This document shows positions 1-7,375 of a DNA stretch of 35,488 nt, in pieces (the stretch's first letter is position 1; each line of letters starts with the position of its first letter). A program made the translations under genes and the position numbers. The stretch is from assembly GCA_964479285.1 (NCBI GenBank), contig CAYZLU010000002.1:1-35488 (forward strand), in the 5' to 3' direction. Origin of the DNA: an uncultured Planctomycetales bacterium. GTDB lineage: Bacteria; Omnitrophota; Gorgyraeia; Zapsychrales; Fredricksoniimonadaceae. Below the pieces are notes generated by a model, which had not been told where the DNA came from, ran no database searches, and saw only the letters and a list, made by a program, of their open reading frames with translations.

Positions 1-735
1 GCCCACAGCCAGAGCCAGAGCATTGGCCTTGAGCAAGAACTCCTTGAAGCCGGAAAGATGGGACGACTTGCCATTATCCGCAACCTTAGAAATATGTTTG
101 AAGCAGGGGTGCCCAAAGACCTGGTTAGATCCTCGTTGCTGAAAAAGTCTCGACCCCTGCTTCCTTTTCAATTCCTGGCTGCCGCAAAAGCTTGCCCCCA
201 GTGGGAGGACATCGCGGATGAGTCCATGATACAGTCCATGCAGGAACGGCCTAAAATGCTAGGCAAAACATCCGTCTTTGTTGATGTTTCCGGCTCCATG
301 ATTGACAAAATATCCTCAAAAAGCGAAACGCTACGTGTTGATGCCGCTGCCGGCATTGCCATCATGCTTCGTGAAATGTGCCCAAACGTTGAATTTCATA
401 CGTTCTCAAACCACTTAGCCTTAATACCTAACCGTCAAGGCATGGCTCTACGTGATGCCATAGTGAAGTCTCAGCCAATGTCAGGAACATACTTAGGAAA
501 CGCTCTTTCTCTGTACAATCAAACCTATCCAAATAAACGTAATGACCGCGTAATCGTCATCACCGATGAGCAGGTTAATGACTTAGTTCCTGAAGTCTAT
601 GCAGACCGTTGCTACATTATCAACGTTGGAAACTATCCCAATGGCATAAAGAATAATGGCCGGTGGTTCACCATCACAGGATTCAGCGAAAACGTCATCG
701 ACTACATCCTTGAAATTGAAAAGGAAAACACATGA
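1..735 (+). CDS. TROVE/Ro60-like RNA-binding protein, C-terminal part with vWA domain (5' end outside window)
   Basis: Frame is open from base 1. 'LAIIRNLRNM' segment is typical of TROVE proteins. It is followed by the vWA MIDAS motif 'DVSGSM' and 'VIVITDEQ'. ATGA stop/start overlap with the next ORF. Confidence 0.75.
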   Translation, partial: AHSQSQSIGLEQELLEAGKMGRLAIIRNLRNMFEAGVPKDLVRSSLLKKSRPLLPFQFLAAAKACPQWEDIADESMIQSMQERPKMLGKTSVFVDVSGSMIDKISSKSETLRVDAAAGIAIMLREMCPNVEFHTFSNHLALIPNRQGMALRDAIVKSQPMSGTYLGNALSLYNQTYPNKRNDRVIVITDEQVNDLVPEVYADRCYIINVGNYPNGIKNNGRWFTITGFSENVIDYILEIEKENT

Positions 736-932
736 AAGTAGATAAGATTTTCTGTGACAATTGCCAAAAGGAAATAGAAAAGAATCAAAACTTCTACTAT
801 AAAATTCCTGTAAATTCAGAAACCTGGCGTCCTTCTACTCATGATTGTTCCGATGAAGATTTCTGTTCGCTGGAATGTATGTCTGAATGGCTCATAACGA
901 ACGAACTAAAGAAACTTGGCATCGAAACATGA
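732..932 (+). CDS. small Cys-rich protein (CxxC ... FCSxxC, TRASH/FCS zinc-finger-like)
   Basis: ATGA overlap with the upstream gene. Motifs 'FCDNC' and 'FCSLEC'. Confidence 0.5.
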   Translation: MKVDKIFCDNCQKEIEKNQNFYYKIPVNSETWRPSTHDCSDEDFCSLECMSEWLITNELKKLGIET

Positions 933-1114
933 AAGAGTATTGCGAACTTTGGGATGCCTATTTCTGTACTGACACCAGAAAATGGATAGAAAAGCCATGC
1001 AGCGATCCAAATTGCTATTTTTCATGTGGGAAAAGACCTGAAAAACACCCTTCCGACTGCACTTGCGATGGCAATAAAGTCATCAAACTCCTTGAACATA
1101 TTTCTTGTAAATAA
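929..1114 (+). CDS. small Cys-rich hypothetical protein
   Basis: Start moved to ATG 929, which forms an ATGA overlap with the stop at 930-932. Nine Cys in 61 aa. Confidence 0.5.
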   Translation: MKEYCELWDAYFCTDTRKWIEKPCSDPNCYFSCGKRPEKHPSDCTCDGNKVIKLLEHISCK

Positions 1115-1161
1115 TTTATTCAAATTCTACAGTCATATTTAGATCATACAAGAGGTTTAAT

Positions 1162-1380
1162 ATGGCTGGGCAAAAAATTAACGATCACTCCTTCTGGGCC
1201 GGCGGAAAGTCTAAAGGGTCAGTATTCCCTGAAGGCGTAAAGCACAAAGCCGAAAGTTCTGCTGAAGGTGCTGGTGCTGTTACCCAATATGAAGACACTA
1301 CCGAAAAGATTAAGTCTCAACAAGAAATGGGCATTCGCAAGGCCAAAAGCCATATGCAAAAGCCTTCTTATAGAAATTAA
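1162..1380 (+). CDS. hypothetical small Gly/Lys-rich protein
   Basis: ORF with AGAGG 8 nt upstream of the ATG. Confidence 0.55.
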   Translation: MAGQKINDHSFWAGGKSKGSVFPEGVKHKAESSAEGAGAVTQYEDTTEKIKSQQEMGIRKAKSHMQKPSYRN

Positions 1381-1445
1381 TTCTTCCTATTTTTGTTGTT
1401 TGGTAAGGATAGGGGGCTAGTCCCCCTCCCTTAATTAAGGTACCT

Positions 1446-1694
1446 ATGAAAAGCGGATTCAAAGACCCTATTGCAATCAAAAAGCAAGACCCCAAAGACA
1501 AACCTGTCGATGGTAAAAATTCCCCCTGGGACTTTCGATGCCCACAGTATGATGAACGAACTTCCTGCTTCGTTAATGCAGGCACTCATTATGGCGTTGG
1601 TCACCGTCAGCCCGTTGGTTCCGAGTCAGTATCAAGCAAAAGCATCGTCCCTCAAGGCAAAGTAAACACCATGAGGGTAGATGAAGCCGGCTAA
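1446..1694 (+). CDS. hypothetical small basic protein (GTHYGVGHRQPVG motif)
   Basis: AAGG upstream of the ATG. Shares a G-x-x-Y-G-x-x-x-[RK]-x-P-[VI]-G motif with the next ORF. Confidence 0.5.
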   Translation: MKSGFKDPIAIKKQDPKDKPVDGKNSPWDFRCPQYDERTSCFVNAGTHYGVGHRQPVGSESVSSKSIVPQGKVNTMRVDEAG

Positions 1695-1878
1695 GCAAGC
1701 TCACGTTGGCAAACAAAAGAAGTCTTCTGGCGACTGGCACGTTAGCCACACTTCTATGGGTATGGGTGACTACTACGGACAAGCAATAAAAAACCCCATC
1801 GGCAAAATCAGAGATGCCGTTGGCGTCAATCCTCTTTCGAAGGCAAAGCTAAAGAAACCTCCGAAGTCATTAGCTTAA
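1681..1878 (+). CDS. hypothetical small basic protein (MGDYYGQAIKNPIGK motif)
   Basis: Overlaps the upstream ORF by 14 nt. Motif is paralogous to the previous ORF. Confidence 0.45.
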   Translation: MKPAKQAHVGKQKKSSGDWHVSHTSMGMGDYYGQAIKNPIGKIRDAVGVNPLSKAKLKKPPKSLA

Positions 1879-2233
1879 TAAATTCATCTAATTTATCAAG
1901 ATTGTCTAACATTTTCTTTAACTGATCCCAAGAATCATTCTTCCATATTAAGTTTTCGATAGTTTCAAACTTTTCTCTAAGCTTTTTCACAACTAACTTA
2001 GTATAAATGATTTTCATTCGATCGTTGGATTTATTCATCTCACCAGGAGATAAATCATTCCTGTTAAGAGAGGAGCACTTAAAGAAAATACCATCACATC
2101 GGTAGTCTGCATGCTCAACTTTCCCGTCTGCATCATGAAAAAGTACCCTTTTAAAAACCGCAAACTTTTTATCAGGTCCGACATTTTCTACGTCAATTGC
2201 TTCTATAGGCCAACTTTCAATCATCTTTTCCAT
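1826..2233 (-). CDS. hypothetical protein
   Basis: Last ORF of the long leftward operon. Its 3' end overlaps convergent ORF 1681..1878 by 53 nt. Confidence 0.5.
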   Translation of the reverse strand: MEKMIESWPIEAIDVENVGPDKKFAVFKRVLFHDADGKVEHADYRCDGIFFKCSSLNRNDLSPGEMNKSNDRMKIIYTKLVVKKLREKFETIENLIWKNDSWDQLKKMLDNLDKLDEFIKLMTSEVSLALPSKED

Positions 2234-2723
2234 TTAAGTACATCATATCCATTCGTTTACGATATCTTGCGTTCTGGCTAATCTGCAAGAAAATGTTATT
2301 AATAACATCATCGCTCAAATCATCCTCTTCTTTGGCTTCTAAGAAACCACGGTCATTCTCAAACTTATGGATCGACTCCCATACAATTTGATTAGAAAGC
2401 ATCTGTCCCTTCTTGTATTGAGGCCACATCTCTCTAGCCGGAATCATCCATAATACTTTAATGGTATCACCTGGCGGATAGGCTTTAAAAAGCATAGAAT
2501 TGGTCTGTGCCTTCGGTTTGGTCAAGCGAGGACTCCAGATAAGCCTTTTCGTTGAACCGTCGTCTGCCGTTCGACAATGAGCGAAAATGTAGAAGGAATG
2601 ATTACCGAACTCTTCCGGTCGATTCTTAATGCAATCCGCGCAACCTTGCGAAATGTAATCGGCATGTTCCTTCCGGCCAAAGTGCTTTAAACGGTCATGA
2701 GCATCATATATGTTAACTTTCAT
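2217..2723 (-). CDS. hypothetical protein
   Basis: 168-aa ORF tightly packed in the operon, with overlaps at both ends. Confidence 0.6.
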   Translation of the reverse strand: MKVNIYDAHDRLKHFGRKEHADYISQGCADCIKNRPEEFGNHSFYIFAHCRTADDGSTKRLIWSPRLTKPKAQTNSMLFKAYPPGDTIKVLWMIPAREMWPQYKKGQMLSNQIVWESIHKFENDRGFLEAKEEDDLSDDVINNIFLQISQNARYRKRMDMMYLNGKDD

Positions 2724-2956
2724 AAACCACCAACCTTCCAGTCTCTTTTTATTTCTCCTTTTTCCATTTCTATGTCATCCCATATTTCCTTTATTTCCTT
2801 AATCAAAAAAGGGTATGGCTTGCCTTTAAGCAAAATAATACTTCCTTCTTTAGCACCCTTTTCAAGGTCTATCCAGCAGACAACAAAATCTCCCGACTTC
2901 TGAAAAATTTTGGGATCATCTGTAGGAGTTACTAATTCAAGTTTACATTGTTTCAT
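2720..2956 (-). CDS. hypothetical protein
   Basis: 4-nt overlaps with both neighbours. Confidence 0.5.
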   Translation of the reverse strand: MKQCKLELVTPTDDPKIFQKSGDFVVCWIDLEKGAKEGSIILLKGKPYPFLIKEIKEIWDDIEMEKGEIKRDWKVGGL

Positions 2957-3276
2957 TTTACCTTCTCAATCAAATGTTTTTGCAGCACTTCAACCACCTC
3001 AACGACTTTATCGCTCCTAAGCGCATCCCAGCCAAGCATGATTGCTAAATCCGATTTTGTGGGGATTAGACATGTTAACAAACCGCAAATTAATGCAGAG
3101 AAAAATAAACAACGACCAGGCAGGTAAACGATTTTTGTTTTTTCTTCATCATCTTCGTCAAAAACCAAACCAATATATAAAAAAACACAGAGAATAAAAC
3201 CCATGATAGATAAATAAGCGCAAATCTCAAAAAAATCATGCAAATGCTGCAACCTAAGCAGCCAGTATAGTTCCAT
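2953..3276 (-). CDS. membrane protein (two predicted TM helices)
   Basis: Hydrophobic stretches 'ICAYLSIMGFILCVFLYIGLVF' and 'CLFFSALICGLLTCLI'. Start abuts the upstream stop. Confidence 0.55.
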   Translation of the reverse strand: MELYWLLRLQHLHDFFEICAYLSIMGFILCVFLYIGLVFDEDDEEKTKIVYLPGRCLFFSALICGLLTCLIPTKSDLAIMLGWDALRSDKVVEVVEVLQKHLIEKVK

Positions 3277-3780
3277 TTAAAACTCCTCTCCTGTTTGGTT
3301 GCAGTCGAAGACGAATATGCCTCGTCGACGCCACATCCTGACGACTTTCGGCCTGTCATCGAATACGAATTCGATCTGTTTTCCTTCAGAAATAGCTTCA
3401 TCAAGCCATCTTTCTTTAAGGACATCGTCAGGTGTATTGTCGCCAATAGGACGCATTTTTAGACGTCTATCCCAGTATTGATAATCTTCTAACGTTCCAT
3501 ATAAATTCATGAGCCATTTTAAGGTTTTCTCGCGGACAGATTCGCAACGCCCTGACCATATGCGCACATCATGATTAAATGGTTCACCTTGAGTTAAATG
3601 AATAAATGCATCTGCGACAGGTTGAATAACATTATCCTTATCGCAAGCCTCAAAAAACCCTTTCCAATCAGGCTTAAATCTCTTTCCCTGAATAATTCCT
3701 TCTAAAGATCTGCGAGCATCAATATAATGCCTGCGATGATCGCAGTCGGCCAATGTGCCGTCTAAATCAAATATTATCAT
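3277..3780 (-). CDS. HAD-superfamily phosphatase resembling the phosphatase domain of phage polynucleotide kinase-phosphatase
   Basis: Start set at 'MIIFDLDGTLADC' (HAD motif I DxDGT), 4 nt after the methylase stop. C-terminal 'VFDDRPKVVRMWRRRGIFVFDCNQ' matches the PNKP-phosphatase pattern from memory. Confidence 0.6.
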   Translation of the reverse strand: MIIFDLDGTLADCDHRRHYIDARRSLEGIIQGKRFKPDWKGFFEACDKDNVIQPVADAFIHLTQGEPFNHDVRIWSGRCESVREKTLKWLMNLYGTLEDYQYWDRRLKMRPIGDNTPDDVLKERWLDEAISEGKQIEFVFDDRPKVVRMWRRRGIFVFDCNQTGEEF

Positions 3781-3784
3781 GATA

Positions 3785-4819
3785 TTAATACTCAAAGTTA
3801 AATTGTTCTGGGAGTAGTTGGGTATTTTTAATACGTCTTTTAGCGATCTCTGCATATTCGTCTTCTTTTTCTATGCCTATTGCACGGATTCTTAGCTGCT
3901 TTGCAGCGACTAACGTGCTTTCGCTGCCTGCAAATGGGTCAAGCAATATAGGGTCGCCAGGAGGCGCAAGAAGCTTGATTATGTAGCGCATGAGGGCTAA
4001 TGGTTTGACTGTGGGATGGATGCAATGTTTTTCAAGCCCTGCATTACGTTCGGATGATGAGGCTTTTGCACAATAAAAGAAGCGGGATGCGCCACCGGAA
4101 TTTGCATGAATGTCATAACCGCCTATAGGATTATATTTATTATGAGTTAAACATTTTTGCATTTTTGAAAAATATGAGGGCTTGTGTGCTCCACTTTTTA
4201 AAATTCCCGTCTGCTCATCAAGCAACGCGGCCGCCTCCCTATCCAAAATAAGATTTGCTGGCCAGCGGCCAAGTGAATTAGATTCAGAGACTCGATCAGA
4301 TCTCCCTTTTTTATCCATCAGCCCACCAGATGTAATATCGTGACATCGATGAGTCCATTTATCCTCCATAGGAATTCGCGTTGCGTCTATGTTGATCCCC
4401 GCAACATCCCACTTTTCAGCATTCTGTGCATATGTACCATCTAATGGCTTCATTGCTAATATGATAGGCTCCCATGCAGGCTTTAAAGCCGTACCATAAC
4501 CCTCAAGGCCGAACTTATTATGCGATTTAGGAAACCCGCTCCCATATAACCAACAAATGCAGTCTCTTATTTCCCATCCAGCATCCTCGATAGCGCAAGT
4601 AAGCCTATGAAAAGTCCTAGTACCTCCAAAAGCTGCCAACATTGAACCTGGCTTGCATACACGAAGCATCTCCGACCAAAAACCAACCCCAGGAATGCCA
4701 TTATCCCATTTTTTACCCATGAACTTTAGGCCATAAGGGGGGTCAGTCACAATGAAATCAATGCTATTGTCCTGTTGTTCTCGCATCCAATCAAGGCAGT
4801 CAGCATTAACTATCATCAT
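3785..4819 (-). CDS. DNA methyltransferase, N6-adenine/N4-cytosine beta class (N6_N4_Mtase type), orphan
   Basis: 'IVTDPPYG' catalytic motif is N-terminal to the AdoMet motif 'LDPFAGSESTLVAA'. 'GRWPANLI' and 'GASRFFYCAKAS' blocks are present. First ATG is at 4819 (the track start at 4831 is TTG). No adjacent nuclease. Confidence 0.85.
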   Translation of the reverse strand: MMIVNADCLDWMREQQDNSIDFIVTDPPYGLKFMGKKWDNGIPGVGFWSEMLRVCKPGSMLAAFGGTRTFHRLTCAIEDAGWEIRDCICWLYGSGFPKSHNKFGLEGYGTALKPAWEPIILAMKPLDGTYAQNAEKWDVAGINIDATRIPMEDKWTHRCHDITSGGLMDKKGRSDRVSESNSLGRWPANLILDREAAALLDEQTGILKSGAHKPSYFSKMQKCLTHNKYNPIGGYDIHANSGGASRFFYCAKASSSERNAGLEKHCIHPTVKPLALMRYIIKLLAPPGDPILLDPFAGSESTLVAAKQLRIRAIGIEKEDEYAEIAKRRIKNTQLLPEQFNFEY

Positions 4820-4940
4820 GCTTCCATCCAAATTGTAAACCTAACTACAAATCTATTTCGTATCCATTCAAATGGGACTTCTACCCCATCAGCTAAGTAA
4901 TATTTCCTTTCTTTCAAGTTAATATATTGCAAATGCTCAA

Positions 4941-5222
4941 TTACCAAGCTCCCTCCAACAACTCATATTCTTTTAGCCTTCGTCTAACCTCAGCAAGCTC
5001 CTTTTCTAAGTCCTCTTTTTCGTCTCCCTCTAAAGGAATCGGCGTTCTTCCCGGATCGTAAATTCTGGCTCCATTTTTCCTAAATTCTGTACCATCTAAT
5101 AGTCTTAAACAAGTGCTTTCATGGTCTTTTAGTCGACAAACGCAATAACAGCCTCCCGCACTTCTGGTTTCGCAACCAAGCACAAGACAAACAGTAGAAC
5201 AACAAGGTTTGTATTTTTGCAT
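4941..5222 (-). CDS. hypothetical Cys-rich protein
   Basis: GAGG upstream of the ATG. N-terminal half holds 9 Cys; C-terminus is acidic and helical. Confidence 0.5.
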   Translation of the reverse strand: MQKYKPCCSTVCLVLGCETRSAGGCYCVCRLKDHESTCLRLLDGTEFRKNGARIYDPGRTPIPLEGDEKEDLEKELAEVRRRLKEYELLEGAW

Positions 5223-5370
5223 TTTTACCTCAGACCTTTAGGCTTTGACAATCTTATGCCCCGTTGCTCACAAGGCACTATCTTTGTATATCTCTTATTT
5301 TCAAAGTGGCTCATTATCAATAGTAAAAAATCAACATCTACCCAGCCTTTAATAGTGACAAAGTCATTGT

Positions 5371-5550
5371 TTACTTCAATAATATATTCATCTTCTTTAA
5401 TTTATTTAGTCCTAAATTTATAATCCATACGGACATGCAACATAGTATAAAAGCATTTAGTAACCGCATGACATTTCCATACCAATCCGGCAAGCCTGTA
5501 AGACCGTTAACCACGATTGTTATCATTGTCATAAGCCACAGTATATCCAT
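5371..5550 (-). CDS. small hydrophobic protein, 59 aa (below ORF-track cutoff)
   Basis: Hand translation gives MDILWLMTMITIVVNGLTGLPDWYGNVMRLLNAFILCCMSVWIINLGLNKLKKMNILLK. ATG abuts the stop of the upstream gene at 5551. Confidence 0.35.
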   Translation of the reverse strand: MDILWLMTMITIVVNGLTGLPDWYGNVMRLLNAFILCCMSVWIINLGLNKLKKMNILLK

Positions 5551-5994
5551 TTAATCCTCACTCTCCGGTGGTTTCGGCAGTGGCATCCAGTGACTGACGC
5601 CTTTAATTACTTTAAATAGTTCGAAAGTATGGAATCTTTTTTCACTATATGTGCATAAGAAATATCCAAAATTAGGTTCAATTTTAAGAGCTACTAAACA
5701 TTCCTCTAAATCTTTTGGTAACCTATCAGAAACGTTTATCCATTGTGCATGTGTTTGAAACATGTTAATTTTTTCATATTTTTTGGACATGTTAAATGAT
5801 TCTTGGTGGCCATTCATCTTTTTTTCCGCATTCTGCGCACACGTTTGCTCCTTTTGTTGTTCTTCCCAATCAGCTTTTAAAGCACCTTTCAGAAGATTTA
5901 AAGCTTCTTGCATATGATCACATTTAGGTCTCATTTGTTTTTCATTAATAATTGATTCCGTGCGAATCCATTGCTTCCCTTTCCAAGGCTTCAT
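5551..5994 (-). CDS. DUF551-like phage protein
   Basis: C-terminal 'WINVSDRLP...VSHWMPLPKPPE' matches the DUF551 signature. Start set at ATG 5994, preceded by AGGAGAAGGA. Confidence 0.65.
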   Translation of the reverse strand: MKPWKGKQWIRTESIINEKQMRPKCDHMQEALNLLKGALKADWEEQQKEQTCAQNAEKKMNGHQESFNMSKKYEKINMFQTHAQWINVSDRLPKDLEECLVALKIEPNFGYFLCTYSEKRFHTFELFKVIKGVSHWMPLPKPPESED

Positions 5995-6004
5995 TCCTTC
6001 TCCT

Positions 6005-6226
6005 TTAAAGCATCTTACTTTTGTTATATTCATAAACAAATGTGCAAGATGAAAGGTACCTTTCTAAAGACATCCCCACCGCTATTGCGAAAAGAGATGA
6101 CATATGGCTGGCAGCTAGACCAGAAATAACGGGTTCTGTTTCATCTGGTATGGCGTCGCTAAGTTTTATGGCCAAAAGAATCGATTTTTCAAATAAGTCT
6201 TTTATTTGTTTTTCATCTATTTCCAT
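6005..6226 (-). CDS. small helical protein, paralog 1 of 3
   Basis: Aligns with the next two ORFs (LFEKS.LLA..L.DA.P ... GLA.S.M). Confidence 0.55.
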   Translation of the reverse strand: MEIDEKQIKDLFEKSILLAIKLSDAIPDETEPVISGLAASHMSSLFAIAVGMSLERYLSSCTFVYEYNKSKML

Positions 6227-6253
6227 GATTTATTCCTTCTCCTTTAAAGCGCC

Positions 6254-6469
6254 TTACTTCTCTTTCATCCATTCGTAGGCATACTTGCATGATAAAAGGT
6301 ATATCTCTAAAGGCATGTCGACCTCTATTGCGCAAACAGCGGACATTTGGCTAGTCGCAAGACCAACTACGACAGTCTGTGTCCCTTCTGGGACGGCATC
6401 GGTAAGCTCACTGGCCAGGAGGGTTGATTTTTCAAACAATTCCTTGAAGAGATTGTCATTTGTTTCCAT
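6254..6469 (-). CDS. small helical protein, paralog 2 of 3
   Basis: About 45% identity by eye to 6005..6226. The junction DNA 'ttccttctcctttaaagc' is repeated. Confidence 0.55.
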   Translation of the reverse strand: METNDNLFKELFEKSTLLASELTDAVPEGTQTVVVGLATSQMSAVCAIEVDMPLEIYLLSCKYAYEWMKEK

Positions 6470-6472
6470 GGT

Positions 6473-6703
6473 TTATTCTGCCCTCTCTTTTATTGCTTTG
6501 CATACTTCAAAGGCGTAGCCAGCTCCCTCTTGAAAGCCTTGTTTTGTTACGCACATTTGCACAGCCATCATGGCAAACAAGTGTTGAGCGGCTGCTAAAG
6601 ACACAAAACTTTTCGTTTTATTGGGGATGGTTTTCCATAAAAGGTAAGCTAGTTCCATTGTGTCTTTAAAGATTTCATCAACTTCTTCATTTGTATATTT
6701 CAT
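6473..6703 (-). CDS. small helical protein, divergent paralog 3 of 3
   Basis: Start set at 'MKYTNEEVDEIFKD', after the stop of the upstream gene at 6718. Same length and pattern as the other two. Confidence 0.5.
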   Translation of the reverse strand: MKYTNEEVDEIFKDTMELAYLLWKTIPNKTKSFVSLAAAQHLFAMMAVQMCVTKQGFQEGAGYAFEVCKAIKERAE

Positions 6704-6717
6704 CAAATAATCTTTTT

Positions 6718-6957
6718 TTATATGTTTTTGTTTTCTATGGTTTGTAATAAACAACTTATGCAGGCGTCCCAAGCTTCTTCTGGATCGCAAAACGCTCCTG
6801 CACAGATGTTTAAAAAATAATCTCTTAGCAGGTTTTTGTGTTTTTCGGAGATATGTTTTAAGTTGGTGCTAAATTTTCTTTCTATAAAATAGTGTCTCCA
6901 TGCTTTTATTTCTTCAACAGCAGCGCACATAATAACGTCTTCATGCTCATTCATCAT
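6718..6957 (-). CDS. hypothetical protein
   Basis: ORF in the operon with a 4-nt overlap upstream. Confidence 0.5.
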   Translation of the reverse strand: MMNEHEDVIMCAAVEEIKAWRHYFIERKFSTNLKHISEKHKNLLRDYFLNICAGAFCDPEEAWDACISCLLQTIENKNI

Positions 6958-7163
6958 TTTTTTGACACCAACAGTTTAATGATTAATTCTAAAAGGCTGA
7001 CGATATTTTCCTGACTCTTGGAGACGTCGCTGAGAAAATGTTCAATCTGATCGATCCTTTCAAAAATTGAAGCCTCGTCGTCTTCGGCCTTAAATAGATT
7101 TACAAGCTCTCTAATTTGGCGTTCTAAAGCATATAACTGCCCTTGTGGTGTTGTCATTGACAT
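6954..7163 (-). CDS. hypothetical coiled-coil protein
   Basis: Heptad-like acidic helical sequence, tightly packed with neighbours. Confidence 0.5.
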   Translation of the reverse strand: MSMTTPQGQLYALERQIRELVNLFKAEDDEASIFERIDQIEHFLSDVSKSQENIVSLLELIIKLLVSKK

Positions 7164-7375
7164 TTAACTTCCTCCTTATATTCTTTTTCATGGCAATTTT
7201 TGCATTTAGCGGCGATAACAATGCCACTAATGCAAATATTAAAGTCTCTCAAGTCTTTTACTTTATAAGCGGGACGAACAAGGGCATTATATATTGCTCT
7301 CCTTTTCCCGCAATAATCACACTTGTGCTTTTTTGTGAACAGCTTCTCCCAATATGCCGACTGATCAATATCCAT
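7154..7375 (-). CDS. small zinc-ribbon protein (CxxC ... CxxC)
   Basis: Start set at 'MDIDQS'. Motifs 'CDYCGK' and 'CKNCH'. Overlaps the terL 3' end by 11 nt. Confidence 0.45.
   Translation of the reverse strand: MDIDQSAYWEKLFTKKHKCDYCGKRRAIYNALVRPAYKVKDLRDFNICISGIVIAAKCKNCHEKEYKEEVKCQ

Noticed and set aside
1826-1878. 53-nt convergent 3' overlap of ORFs 1681..1878 (+) and 1826..2233 (-) as an antisense regulatory feature.
   Set aside because: The overlap exists in the sequence. However, either ORF could be mis-called at its end, and there is no terminator or structure to support a specific mechanism. Noted only.
4832-4940. 109-bp gap upstream of the methylase as a small RNA or promoter.
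   Set aside because: No convincing -35/-10 pair, hairpin or ORF could be identified by eye. Left unannotated.
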